NCBI RefSeq assembly: GCF_006345805.1
Contig: NC_042997.1
Coordinates: 146,754,001-146,818,000, forward strand
Source: Octopus sinensis
Taxonomy: Eukaryota
Direction: 5' to 3'
Length of the DNA: 64,000 nt
Positions 14,171 through 26,620 of this stretch are shown here, piece by piece. How positions within the stretch are numbered: the stretch's first letter is position 1; the number at the start of each line of letters is the position of its first letter. The position numbers were made by a program, and so were the translations under genes. The notes under the pieces are model-generated. The model had not been told where the DNA came from and made no database searches. It was given only the letters and a program-made list of their open reading frames with translations.

Positions 14171-14937
14171 TTGTAATTCAGATACAAAGAACAAGGAATT
14201 ACAACGCGAAAGGAGAAGGCTTAACAAATACGGTATTAACTTATCGCTTTAATGGAAAGAGAAAAAGTGTTAAGTTTTCGGATGCTTAATACATCAACAT
14301 TTGACTACAAACGTTATGTATCGCCCTCACTGTATAAATGCAGATAAGAGATGTGGCAAACTGATTTTCCACCCTAAAGTTATCCATCCTTCAACGTACA
14401 TTTCTACACTTACGTAAAAAAAGGTAACTTTCTTTAATTTTTCTTCAATTGTTTGTATACTTCATTACACCTCTTCCAAATATGGTTAGATTTTATATGT
14501 AATTTCTTCCTTCCAGTAATATCATGGTGGTTTATCTAAAAGATTACTTTTTTCACTATAGATATTATTAGATTCTGCGAAAGATCCATTCTTATTACTG
14601 GTATTAGTTCTTTCGCGATTAAAATGTTTTCCTCTTTGGGACATTCGAGTGAAAATTTGAAAAGCATATTAATGCTTAAAATGTATTGTCATCTTGATTG
14701 TTTAATTAAGCTTAACAGAAAGTCATTAATATACTTATATATATTTATACATATACGTACATCCCTAAACTAGACACACATGCACGTGTATGCATATGTG
14801 TACGTGTGTAAAAAAAATATGTGTCTATATAGATACATATATATGTGTGTGTGTGTGTGTGCGTGTGTGTGTGTGTGTGTATTTCGTTTTGGGATTTGGT
14901 TTGCAAGAGTTTTTATATGGGTTCGTGTGTTGAAACA

Positions 14938-15464
14938 TATTCTGTTGTGTCTGGAGAGAATAATTTTCTTTTTGTGCCTTATGATGTAACACACTCACAG
15001 GTAAAATTTCCACTTATTTCTTATTTTTATTTTCCTAAAATTTTCGTTGCGTCTTGCAACCTTTTCAATAGTCTTGACTATGTCCCTTATTTACACTGCT
15101 TTCCTTTTTGTTTGTTTGTTCGCATGTGTATGGGTGAGTGAGTGTGTGTGCCTATGTATGCATGCATGTACGTATTTATGTATGTATGTATGTGTATGTA
15201 TATATGTGTGTGTATGCATATGTATATATATACGTGTGTGTGCATTTGTATGTGTGTATTCTGCATATTTATGTGCTTGCATGTCCGTGTTTGTGTTTTT
15301 TATATGTGTGTGCGTTTGTATATATATGCACCTCTGTCTTCTTTGTAAGGTTGCAAGGCGCAATGAAAATTTTAGGAAAATAAAAATAAGTGGAAATTTT
15401 ACCGTGAGAGTGTTAAATTATAAGGCACAAAAAGAAAATGACTCTCCCCAGACACAACAGAATA
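14938..15464. repeat. Inverted repeat with ~125-bp arms; internally deleted relative at 16075-16216
   Basis: TATTCTGTTGTGTCTGG..TTGCAACCTT (14938-15063) is complementary to AAGGTTGCAA..CCAGACACAACAGAATA (15346-15464). Confidence 0.85.
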
Positions 15465-15470
15465 GATAGA

Positions 15471-15597
<127 letters not shown>

Positions 15598-15627
15598 ATC
15601 TTGGAAAAGGATGCGTGGCGTTCGATC

Positions 15628-15879
15628 AAGTAATTTTAGAGACAGAACTACCTTCAACTCAATCAACACTGAAAGATTTTATACTCGACCACATCATAAA
15701 ATGTTAAAAATTAAATCTTATACTAACTATATCTATTCTGAATCCCGTATTTTCCGTTTATAAGACAACATGTGTTTCATGAAAGTACGTCGGTATTGAT
15801 GAACATTTAATGAAGTGGTCGGGTACAAAATCTTTCAGTGTTGATTGAGTTGACGGTGGTTCTGTCTCTAAAATTACTT
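15628..15879. repeat. Inverted repeat with ~78-bp arms between microsatellites
   Basis: AAGTAATTTTAGAGACAGAAC.. pairs with ..GTTCTGTCTCTAAAATTACTT. Confidence 0.85.
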
Positions 15880-15982
15880 TTATATATACGAATTAAACAT
15901 TGAGAGATGTTCATTTTAGTACAACTAATTTGAATGTCTTTTTCCTGTGTACTCGGAAGTAATATGCCTAATAATATATAAT

Positions 15983-16078
<96 letters not shown>

Positions 16079-16214
16079 CGTTCTTGGATTTGGTTTGAAA
16101 GATTCTTTATTTTTATTTTAGGAAATAAAAATAAGAAATAAATGGAAATTTTACCGGTGAGTGTGTTACATTATAAGGCACAAAAAGAAAATGAATCTCC
16201 CCAGACACAACAGA

Positions 16215-16294
<80 letters not shown>

Positions 16295-16354
16295 AAGAGA
16301 GTGTGTGATTGATTTGAATATATATATTATATTATATATACATCACTGACTGAA

Positions 16355-16502
16355 GGCACTAGTCAGTACCACTATTGCTAGAAATATGAGTTATAACAAC
16401 TCATAGCCACAAGAAGCACCTTATCTTAATGACCTTATCTTATTTTGTGGCTATGAGTTGTTTTAACTCTTATTTCTAGCAATGCTGGTGCTGACTAGTG
16501 CC
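16355..16502. repeat. Hairpin with ~60-bp arms; arm sequence also present unfolded at ~33270-33350
   Basis: GGCACTAGTCAG..TAGCCACAAG pairs with TTGTGGCTATGAG..CTGACTAGTGCC; ATTGCTAGAAA..TAGCCACAAGAAGCAC recurs at ~33297. Confidence 0.8.
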
Positions 16503-16785
16503 CACAATCATTTTAGTGACGTATGTATTTCTGCCTTGCGATTGTAAGATTGCGAAAAAGCCACCCTTATTATTTATATTATTATTTATATGTATGTATT
16601 TAGCGGCATTTCGTCCGTCCTTACATTCTGAGTTCAAATTCCACGAGGTCGACTTTACAGTTTATCCTTTCGGGGTCAATATACCAGTCAATGTAATCGA
16701 CTTACTCCGAAATTACTTGCCTTGTATCCAAATGGGAAACCAATATACTATATTTATGTATGAAATATACGCATAGATACATGTA

Positions 16786-17112
16786 CAGTAATCCCTCGAC
16801 TATTGCAGGTGTTACGTTCCAAAATCTCTCGCGTAGGTGAAAATCCGCGAAGTAGAAACAGTACTGTACTGTGTATCTTTTTTATTTTACTCTTTTATTT
16901 GTTTCAGTCATTTGACTGCGGTCATGATGGAGCACCGCCTTTAGTCGAACAAGTCGACCCCAGGACTTATTCTTTGTACGCCTAGTACTTATTCTATTGG
17001 TTTTTTTGCCGAACGGCTAAGTTACAGGGACGTAAACACATTAGCATCGGTTGTCAAGCGATGGTGGGTTGACAAACACAGACACACAAACACAGACACA
17101 CATACACACACA

Positions 17113-17153
<41 letters not shown>

Positions 17154-18056
17154 GATGGGCTGCTTTCAGTTTCCGCCTACCAAATCCACTCACAAGGGTT
17201 TGGTCGGCCCGAGGCTGCAGTAGGAGACCCTTACCCAAGGAGCCATGCAGTGGGACTGAACCTGGAACCATGTGGTTGGGAAGCAAGCTACTTACCGCAC
17301 AACCACTCCTATATATTTATTTTATTATAAATGCAAAACAACTCCACACACTCGCCTCCCGAGTTCCGTTTTCCATGCAGTATGTACGATTCTTTGTTTG
17401 CTCATCTACGGTACACTACTCTTTTACTCTTTTACTCTTTTACTTGTTTCAGTCATTTGACTGCGGCCATGCTGGAGCACCGCCTTTAGTACTTATTCTA
17501 TCGGTCTCTTTTGCCGAACCGCTAAGTAACGGGGACGTAAACACACCAGCATCGGTTGTCAAGCAATGCTGGGGGACAAACACACACACACACACACATA
17601 CATACATACATATATATACATATATACGACAGGCTTCTTTCAGTTTCCGTCTACCAAATCCACTCACAAGGCATTGGTCGGCCCGGGGCTATAGCAGAAG
17701 ACACTTGCCCAAGATGCCACGCAGTGGGACTGAACCCGGAACCATGTGGTTGGTTAGCAAGCTACTTACCACACAGCCACTCCTGCGCCTTTTCTTTTAA
17801 TATATTTCAATTAGGGTGTTATACAGTGCAGTACTGTACGTTATTTTTATTTATCAATTTATTAATTTTTAGGCGTGAAAATGTTTATTTTACTACAGAA
17901 ATAATTAAAGTCTAAAAAAAGTATAAGTGCCTATCAGCCTCAAAAACCCACGATATACTGAGGAGTCCGTGATATAAATTTACATATATTAGCCAGAAAA
18001 ATCCGCGATGTACTGAGTGCGCGATAGGTAGACCGCGTTATGGCGAGGAATTACTA
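16786..18056. mobile_element. Tigger-family MITE interrupted by two family-A SINEs
   Basis: TA-CAGTAATCCCTCG at the left end and CGAGGAATTACTA-TA at the right. SINEs at ~16885-17310 and ~17420-17790 (-). Confidence 0.7.
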
Positions 18057-18436
18057 TATATTAATAATGTACTCTCCCGTCGAAGACGACGTAAGAGCGT
18101 TCAGCTTTTTGCTGAATGACCTACACAAATGATTTTTTTTAAGTGATCAAATTTTCGTGCTGCAGATTATCTCAATCTCTCCATCGAAACGATGCTGGTT
18201 TGAACATATGCACTGTGTACCACGCGTCAGGTGTCGAAGTGAGCGCAGAGCAACGTGAAATGAAGTCTTTTGCTCAAGAACACAGCGTACCACCCAGCCC
18301 AGGCATTGAAACCACAATCTCGCGATCGAGAGTCCAACATCTTAAATTGTAGGCTATGCGCCCTCATATGTATATGTATAAATGTCTAAACACACACACA
18401 CATATATATATAAATTATATTTAACAAGTGTAATTC

Positions 18437-18540
<104 letters not shown>

Positions 18541-18578
18541 ATTACATTTAACAAATGTAATTCCCGAAATTATATATA

Positions 18579-18610
18579 CTAGCAGATCTACCCATCTACG
18601 ATGGACGCAT
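18579..18610 (-). mobile_element. Possible Helitron 3' terminus
   Basis: Minus strand shows the short hairpin CCATC-GTA-GATGG, then ~8 nt, then CTAG followed by T. Extent unknown. Confidence 0.3.
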
Positions 18611-19829
18611 AAAATGAGGGAGGGAAGTCCTAATAGCAGTATGTATTGAGAAATGTGTAAATGAACTTAATAGATTACTGGGTGATGTCTTAGAGTAATC
18701 ACATTACTGTTGGTGATACAGCATTCTATTGCAGCTATATCACATGTTTTCTACTGATATGTGATGACGATTCACTCCCGAACTGAAATAGGTTCCCAGC
18801 CCCTGTATCATGAATGGTTATGTGGACCACTCATAACGAAAGCCAGAGCTTCCATCGACCACTCCATAAAAGTATTAAGAAAAATACGTTATTTAGATGC
18901 ACTTTTATTTTCGTTCTTTACACTATATTATGCCTGTTTATACTCTCATACATTCAAAGTTCACAAATTTCCTTATTTAAATTACGAATCATATTCCTTT
19001 CGATATTATCAATATGATTACAAAACTTCTTTGGAGGCGATATTTTCTGTTTGGTTGACACTAATTTGCAAATTATTGGAGTCCGTTGCTCTACACATAG
19101 CAACGTATAACAGGCCATGTGGGTAAAAATACACCTACACGATCGGAGTGGGTAAAATACACCTACACAATCTAAAGTCTGGCCCTACGCTTTGTTTACT
19201 GTGAATGATACAAGCGCTGTTTCGATATTGATTATTTTTCTTCAAAGTATCGTAGTTTGCATGGAAGAGGTTATAATATACTCAAAAATATTCAATTAAT
19301 TAAAGCAATTCGTTAAGCAATACTTGCCTAACTTGATTATATCATCTTGTTTAAACCTACATTTTAGATATTTGTTAAACTCAAACATTTTAACCGTTAT
19401 TATTACAATTAAATATAATTATGTTTTTAACTTTTTAAACTTCTAGTTATTTATATATGATTTTACATACTTATCTTCACGCTCATATAAATATGTATGT
19501 GTGTGTATGTGTGTGTGTGTGTATGTATGTATGTATATATGTAATCGATCCCTTGACGACAATGTATACTTCATTTGATTAATGTATTTTAGCGTAACGA
19601 GTAGCTAGCGGATTACCCTTCCTGTGGGCAGTTACTACTTCCGAGGTTCTGCTAGCTATGAAACATGTAGCCTGGATTTTATCTACTCCATTCCCTAATT
19701 ATGGATTGTAATTCGTATACACAGCAACACCAACTGCTAACCGTAAGCTATAAAATAGCCTTTTTCAGCTTATCGAACTTCGATATGTTGAAGATAAGAC
19801 AGACATAGAAAAAAAGAAGGTTGTGTATG

Positions 19830-20567
19830 ACTAAAACCGGAAAATATATGCTGCCCAAGAGCAAGCACTAAGAACAAACTACATAACATACAGAGTAGAC
19901 GACACATGAGAAAGTGATAAATGCAGAATCTGTGGACAAATGGTGAAACCGTATGGCAAATTACCAGTCAATTTACGCCACTAGCCCAGAAGGAATATAA
20001 GAGACTCCACAACAATATAGCAAAGCTTGTCCATTGGACGCTTTGCAACAAGTATGGTCTTGACAGAAAAAAATTAGTACGACCACAAACCCGAAGGCAT
20101 CATCGAAAATGATAATGCAAAGATCCTATGGGATTTTATGATCCAGTGCGACCGTGAGATAGAAAATAGGAAGCCATACATAGTCTTAATTGAGAAAGAA
20201 AGTAAACTATGCTAGATCATAGATATAGCATACCCAGCTGACAACAAGGTATGCGATAAGGACGAAAGAAAAGTCGATAGGTATGACAGGTTAGCTTGGG
20301 AGGTAAAGCAGTTGTGGTCGATGAAAAAGGTGGTAGTGGTACCAATAATTGTCGGAGCCCTGGGAACAGTGAGTAAAAATCTCGAGAAGTGCATGGAACA
20401 AATAGGGGCTGCATTAAGGGTGGATCACTTGTAGAAAACAGCACTGCTAGGAACCGCTCGAATACTCCGGAAGGTACTCGAAAAATAAGAGGTGTTACCT
20501 TAGTTCACTGGTAGTGATCAGCTGAAAACGTAGTACATCTCCAGCGTTAGAAGCTGTGCAAAGGCAA

Positions 20568-20570
<3 letters not shown>
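19830..20570 (+). mobile_element. 5'-truncated R4/Dong-type LINE (restriction-like endonuclease) 3' end, terminating in (AAT)n
   Basis: AQEQALRTNY, KCRICG..ETVWQI (CCHC knuckle remnant), YKRLHNNIAK, KILWDF..NRKPYIV..IIDIAYP, VPIIVGALG, TALLGTARILRKVL*. (AAT)n tail at 20571-20653. Confidence 0.9.
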
Positions 20571-20653
<83 letters not shown>

Positions 20654-20996
20654 TGATGAAAGAAACAGAAGATAGATTTAGCACTAGTCAATAAAGACTA
20701 GTGCTGAATCTATCTTCCGTTTTCTTCATCAGTTATTATCTCAACCAACACTGCAGAATTCTTGACATAGATCCAGCGGAAATATACCTTAACCGTGGAT
20801 GACACCAGGTAGCCCAAACTTGTACGTGCTTTACTGGACACACTAATTGACATATACCCATTAGTCCAAAAACATTATATATATACATATACATACTGTA
20901 TATATGAAATTTAAGTGAATATTAGTCACTGGTAATTTAATATTATAACTTATAGTGGTGATATATTAACGAGTTGTTGGTATCCTTTTGTCTCGG
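20654..20996. repeat. ~340-bp dispersed duplication of 53171-53510 starting with a 78-bp hairpin
   Basis: Near-identical to 53171-53510. Hairpin TGATGAAAG..CACTAGTC-AATAAA-GACTAGTG..CTTCATCA. Confidence 0.9.
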
Positions 20997-21000
20997 GAAA

Positions 21001-22278
21001 AAGTAATTAGTTATACCAAATTGAGTCACGGAACTTCATCAGAGCAGAAAAACAAATAAAAATAAAAAGAAAAAGAAGAAAAAATGAAAAAGAAGGAGAA
21101 AGTGAGAACAGCGATAATCTATAGAAGCTACATGCTGACCCACCGTGAAACTTTCAACTGACTAGAATTTAGAAATAGACTAAGGAGTAGTTATAATATT
21201 TATTAGAAAAAGGAGTAGTTATTTATATTTATTAGTACATTTCTATATGTGGAGGCGCAATGGCCCAGCGGACTCGCGGTCGGAGGATCGCGGTTTCGAT
21301 TCCCAGACCGGACGTTATGTGTTATTGAGCGAAAACACTTAAAGCTCCACGAGGCTCCGGCAGGGGTTGGTGGCGACCCCTGTTGTACTCTTTCGCCACA
21401 ACTTTCTCTCACTCTTTCTTTGTGTTTTTTGAGTAATGCTGCGATGGACTGGCGTTCAGAAACCGGGAAACCGGGCCCATGAGCCTGGATAGGCTTGAAA
21501 AGGGCACATAAATATGATAAAAACGTTCCTATATACGGTGGGAAGGAGTGGGTTAAATATATTATAAATAAATGAGCAATTTGGTTAAGTCAAAAGAATA
21601 AAATAAAAAACATAATTAGAAATACCGGCAGTTATTGAACTAAATAATAACAGTTGACTATAATTTACCACTAATTGATTTCGTAAAGTATTTTACTCAT
21701 AATAATAAGTAGGGAGTATACATGAAACACCCCCGGGTCCGGAGTGGGATTGGTCTGGAAAATAAGAAGATACTATTGGTCAGTTAATAGTATCTTGTTA
21801 CTGTCCAGACCAGTCCTACTCCGGACCCGCGGTTGTTTCAGGTATATTGCATATTTGTAGTAATAAGTAAAATTCATAGGAAATCAATTAATAGTAATTT
21901 ATAGTCAACTGTTATTATTTAGTTCAATAACTACCGGTATTTCTAGTTATATTTTTTATTTATTTTCTTTTACTTAACCAAATTGCTCATTTAGTTATTA
22001 TATATTTAACTCACGTCTTCCCCCCGTATATAGGAATGTACTAATAAATATTATAACTACCCCTTTTTCTGTTTCTAAATTCTAGTCGGTCGAATGTTTC
22101 ACAGTGGGTCAGTATGTAGCATTAATTGATTATCACCGTTCTCACTTTCTCCTTCTTTTCCTCTTTTCTTCTTTTCCTTCTTACTTTTATTTTATTTACT
22201 TTTCCTTCTTACTTTTATTTTATATACTTTTCCGCTTTAATGAAGTTTCGTGATTCAATTTGGTATAACTAATTACTT
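21001..22278. repeat. ~1.28 kb fold-back palindrome (about 500-bp arms, tiny loop at ~21780)
   Basis: AAGTAATTAGTTATACCAAATTGA pairs with TCAATTTGGTATAACTAATTACTT; arms align inward to AAGATACTATT-ggtcagtt-AATAGTATCTT. Confidence 0.9.
21249..21520 (+). mobile_element. tRNA-derived SINE with V-domain-like segment, inserted in the left arm of the palindrome
   Basis: GGAGGCGCAATGGCC..GGTTTCGATTCCC head; CTGCGATGGACTGGCGT motif. Absent from the right arm and flanked by a ~12-bp TSD-like pair ACATTTCTATAT/ACGTTCCTATAT. Confidence 0.7.
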
Positions 22279-22459
22279 GCAATTGTGGTGGTTAAAACTG
22301 AGAATCACGCTAACAGAAACGGTTGTAAGTTGAGATTCTGTCTCTTTGTAATTAATTAATAAATGATAATTGATGTAAATCAATTGTTATTCATCAATTC
22401 ATCAATTATATCTCTATTTTCTGCTTTCCTTATAAATATATATATATATAATATATATA

Positions 22460-23707
22460 TTGGGTCATCCCATAAATAATGCGGTTTTTTCAATTGCATG
22501 AACTAAAAGTCGGAGGGGAACAGAATTTGGAAGTGGTCTAACAATTGGGACCTGTGTCTGAACGTGTCAAAGTGCTGTCATCTGCCTGTCGGCTCTACTC
22601 CTGCAACTCAACTTGATTTCGAGCCGGGTCGTTTGCTGCTGGAGAGGACCGATCAGGTAAAGGACCTAGGTATCTTGGTGGATTCCTCCTTTTCGCCTTC
22701 GGCCCAGTGCGTCCATGCTGCCAACAAAGCACGCGGAATTCTGTTCTTGATTCGACGGTCATTCGGAATGCTCACAGCAGCCATATTCCTACCACTCTAT
22801 GTCACGCTGGTGAGACCCATATTGGAGTATGGGATTCAAGCCTCTTCTCCTTATCTCCTCAAAGACATACAGCATCCCGAAAGAGTCCAGAAGCTGGCTA
22901 CCCGCATGGTTCATGGTCTCAAAGATTTGTCCTACGAAGAAAGGCTGAGGACGCTCGACCTTTATTCTCTTGAAAAACGCCGCCGCCGTGGTGATCTCAT
23001 TCTCGCCACAACATCATAAGCGGAAAGTGTAACCTCTCGAAAGAGCTGTTCTTCACTCCTGCTCCAGAGCGTCGGCTGCGGGGTCATTCCGAAAAGCTCT
23101 ACCTGCGACGATTTCATCTCAATCGAAGGAGAGGAGCTTTCTCCGTCCGGGTTGCGGATCCGTGGAACAAGCTGCCAGACGAGATGGTGAAGATGCCGAC
23201 GACCGCTTTGTTCAAAGCCTCCCTTGACCTCAAGTGGCCTGAACTCTTTAAATGAACACCACCCTGTACTTAACTCCATGTCCCCCTACATGGCCTTGCT
23301 ATTTGCTTTTGAGCCAAATTAACTAACTAACTAACTAAGAATAAACTACCAGCATTAATTTGCTGTAAAAGCTGATAGTAATTTTGCCTTCTACTTATTC
23401 TTGGTGCAAGTTTTGAAAAGTGCAGTTCGATTTTAACAGTTATTTTTTCGAAGCTGTAATGGAAGTAACAAAGGAGCATATTTTGCTTTATGAGTTCAAT
23501 AAAGGCAACAACGCAACGGAAAGTGGGGACCGGACAATAAGCGTAAGCCAGTTTCAACGGTGCTTCCAGAAATTCCAAGCCAGATAGATGGAAGAGCATT
23601 ATAGAAAAGTGAGGAGAGTTTATTTTAGATTTAAAAAAAGAACTTTGTTTATCTTAATTTTGAAAAATAAAAATATTAAAAAATGCAATATTTATGGGAT
23701 GACCTGA
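22460..23707 (+). mobile_element. Internally deleted mariner element hosting a CR1 insertion
   Basis: TIRs TTGGGTCATCCCATAAATA / TATTTATGGGATGACCTGA with TA flanks. Remnants MEVTKEHI..YEFNKGNNAT and DRWKSIIE. Confidence 0.8.
22527..23337 (+). mobile_element. 5'-truncated CR1 LINE 3' end
   Basis: ORF 22564-23019 has KDLGILVD, LYVTLVRPILEYG, ERVQKLATRMV and YSLEKRRRRGDLI. (CTAA)n tail; AGAAT target-site duplication at 22522-22526 / 23338-23342. Confidence 0.9.
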
Positions 23708-23723
23708 TAAACGTGTGTGTGTC

Positions 23724-23801
<78 letters not shown>

Positions 23802-23833
23802 TGTCTGTCTGTCTGTGTCTATGTATTTATATA

Positions 23834-24327
23834 TAGAGGGTTTCCCAGAATTATCTATTGCAATAGAATCGGGCAAAATTTTAAAACTAGTGACAGAATT
23901 TTATGTTTAGTTTTTAATTATGATACCAACATAAATGGATTTATAAATCTTATGTCAAAACTTTATTGAAAATTTTCAGCATGTGTTCCGTCTGTTTCCC
24001 TGCAAATTTCAAATTTATCCTTAGCGCTGCGAAGCACATTTTGAAGCATTTCATAAGTTATCTCAAACATTGCGAACCGAATTTAACTAATGATCCACCC
24101 TGAGAAATTGATTGCAGCAAAATTGAAAAAGAGTTGTCGTGGACAGATAAGCGGGATCCAACGGGAATGAAAATAATATTATTAAAAAAATTATAAAATT
24201 GTAAGCAAAATTTTAAAAATTTGTTCACTTTTAACACATACTAAATACGATATGCATAAATAAATGTGAGTTTTTAACAAAGTTGTCCGAATACACTGAA
24301 ACAGATAGTTAATTCTGGGACACTCTG
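23834..24327 (-). mobile_element. Tc1-like non-autonomous element
   Basis: Imperfect TIRs AGAGGGTTTCCCAGAATTATCT / AGTTAATTCTGGGACACTCTG with TA flanks. C-terminal-like remnant KFEICRETDGTHAE. Confidence 0.65.
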
Positions 24328-24331
24328 TATG

Positions 24332-24384
<53 letters not shown>

Positions 24385-25270
24385 TGTGTGTGTGTGTGTG
24401 TATACATGTTCTCACTTGCCTATGACTTACTTTCAGGTGTTTTTAACACCAGACGCATTGAGAATATATTCTCTTACGCCTAAAACGCAGCCGAACTTCG
24501 TCCAGATAACACCTTGTGTATGTGTTCAATATACCTCTAGCTGCTTCTAATTCCTATTTGAATTTTTTCTGTGGCATGAAACGTGGGGACCTGTCAGCAG
24601 ATGGTTTTTGAACCATCTAGCAATATAGTCATAGTCGGCAATATAGCTTGCACCAGGCCTTGTTCGGAAGGCGGCATTGAAAAGACACAACAATGAGGAA
24701 GCATCGATGTCTGTCGCTCCGAAAAAGGGACATAATGCGAGTTGTCTCGCTTTTCTATGACTTACCTTCAGGTGTTATTAACATTAGGCGCTTTAAGAAC
24801 ATTCTCTTACGCCTAAAACACAGCCGATCCCTTTTGTATGTATGTTCGAATTTAAAAGATAGATATATATACACACTCACATGCATACATATTACAAGTA
24901 GTAAAGGGGATTAATAAATCTAATAAATCCAGGAAGATATCTATAAAGCACAACGAATTTGGTTAACTGTATCCAATAATCAACTACCAATTAATGTAAG
25001 TAGAATAGGCATGCAAGGTAATTCTTCATGCATGACAAGTAAATCCAAATACCGCTTAGAAGAATTTTAAGAAATTCGGAGTATAAGATAAGAATAAGAA
25101 TGGAGAAAATCACATCTTTAGTTGGCAATTACACGCTACATTACCGACAACCGTCTCTATTGTGCCAGCACATTTAGGTAGAGAAAAAGGTATAAAATAC
25201 CAGCCAAATTAATATATCCGAAAATATACGCTAACACAATGTTACCAAGGCAATAAAAATTGGTTAAATT

Positions 25271-25655
25271 CAAGGCGGCGAGCTGGCAGAAGCGTTAGCA
25301 CGCTGGGCGAAATGCTTAGCAGTACTTCGTCTGCCGCTACGTTCTGAGTTCAAATTCCACCGAGGTCGACTTTGCCTTTCATCCTTTCGTGGTCAATAAA
25401 TTAAGTACCAGTCACGCACTGGGGTCGATATAATCGACTTAATCCGTTTGTCTGTCCTTGTTTGTCTTCTCTGTGTTTAGCCCCGTGTGGGTAATAAAGA
25501 AATAGGTATCTCGTCTGTCTTTACGTTCTGAGTTCAAATTCCGCTGAGGTCGACTTTGTCTTTCATCCTTCCGGGGTCGATAAATTAAGTTGCGTACTGG
25601 GGTCGATCTAATCGACTAGCCCCGTCCCCAAAAATTTCAGGCCTTGGGCCTAGAG
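25271..25655 (+). mobile_element. tRNA-derived SINE with Meta-domain-like core (family B), internally duplicated
   Basis: GGCGGCGAGCTGGCAGAA..GAGTTCAAATTCC and GCCTTTCATCCTTTCGGGGTCGATAAATTAAGTACC. Other copies at ~9650, 16600, 41550, 42095, 50297, 51462, 51985 and 58780. Confidence 0.8.
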
Positions 25656-26139
25656 TTTTAAAAAAAATCGTTAAATTCAAAGTGAACTAATAAAATATCT
25701 CTAATAGTCAAATGCAAACAAAAAGAGCGTTGTTAAGAAGAAATATAGTACTCTATGAAAAGCCAGTCTAGTATGTATACACACACACACATATTTATAT
25801 ATATATATATATAGTTAATTGTTAGCAACAAGTATAATAGAAATTCGGCAATAATGCATATAATAATATACATGTAACATGTCTTTAGAAGCATATTTCG
25901 TTACTGTTCAATCAAAATGAAACCTGCGATTTATATTTTGATAGTTAAAAATGAAACGAAAAGAGTAATTTAATCGTTTTGTTTTTTGAGAAATAGATTT
26001 TCTAAACCTCGCCGAGAAAAAAAATATAAACGATCTACTTTAGTATACTGTGTAACAAATTGTATAGTTAATTGTAATACAAAGCAAATATATTTTCATA
26101 AGTCTCAGTAAGGTGGTGGATCGGGGGTCTCGTTGACCA

Positions 26140-26620
26140 TTCCCTAATATAACAATAATTAAAGAATCACAGATTATTAATAACCGAAAACAACCACCGA
26201 ATCTTAAAAGACTTTTAACAAAGGCGAAGTTTACATCAGAAGAGGAAATAATGCAGGTAACAAACGGTGGAGATCTTTCTTGTTATACGTGTAAAATGAT
26301 TGAAAAGAGGAAAACTAAATGATTCAAGAATGGGATAGAATTGAAGATTAATTCGAATATGAATTACAAAACAAAATATCTAATTTACTGCCTCAACATT
26401 CCCCCACAGCAATGTAAATTATATTGGCCAAACGGAATCAAAATTAATTGTGTTCGAGAACGTGAATAACAAATCAAATACTCATATCTTACAACTATGT
26501 AATGTACATCAATACATTTGTGTAAATGGAAAATTTTGAATATTTCTTTTCTTCAAATAAAAGGAAAATATTATTAACTACGTAGAGCAAAAGAAGAATA
26601 CTTTTTAAGAATCCTAAATC
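26140..26620 (+). pseudogene. Degenerate Penelope-like GIY-YIG endonuclease fragment
   Basis: RKQPPNLKRLLTKAKF, C..TCKMI, INSNMNYKTKYLIYCL and YIGQT; parallels 63337-63920. Confidence 0.75.

Noticed and set aside
14200-14700. Possible decayed PLE 5' region
   Set aside because: No diagnostic motif could be read with confidence.
17051-17915. 249-aa and 119-aa ORFs
   Set aside because: Read-through of two antisense family-A SINEs; the same peptides recur at every SINE copy.
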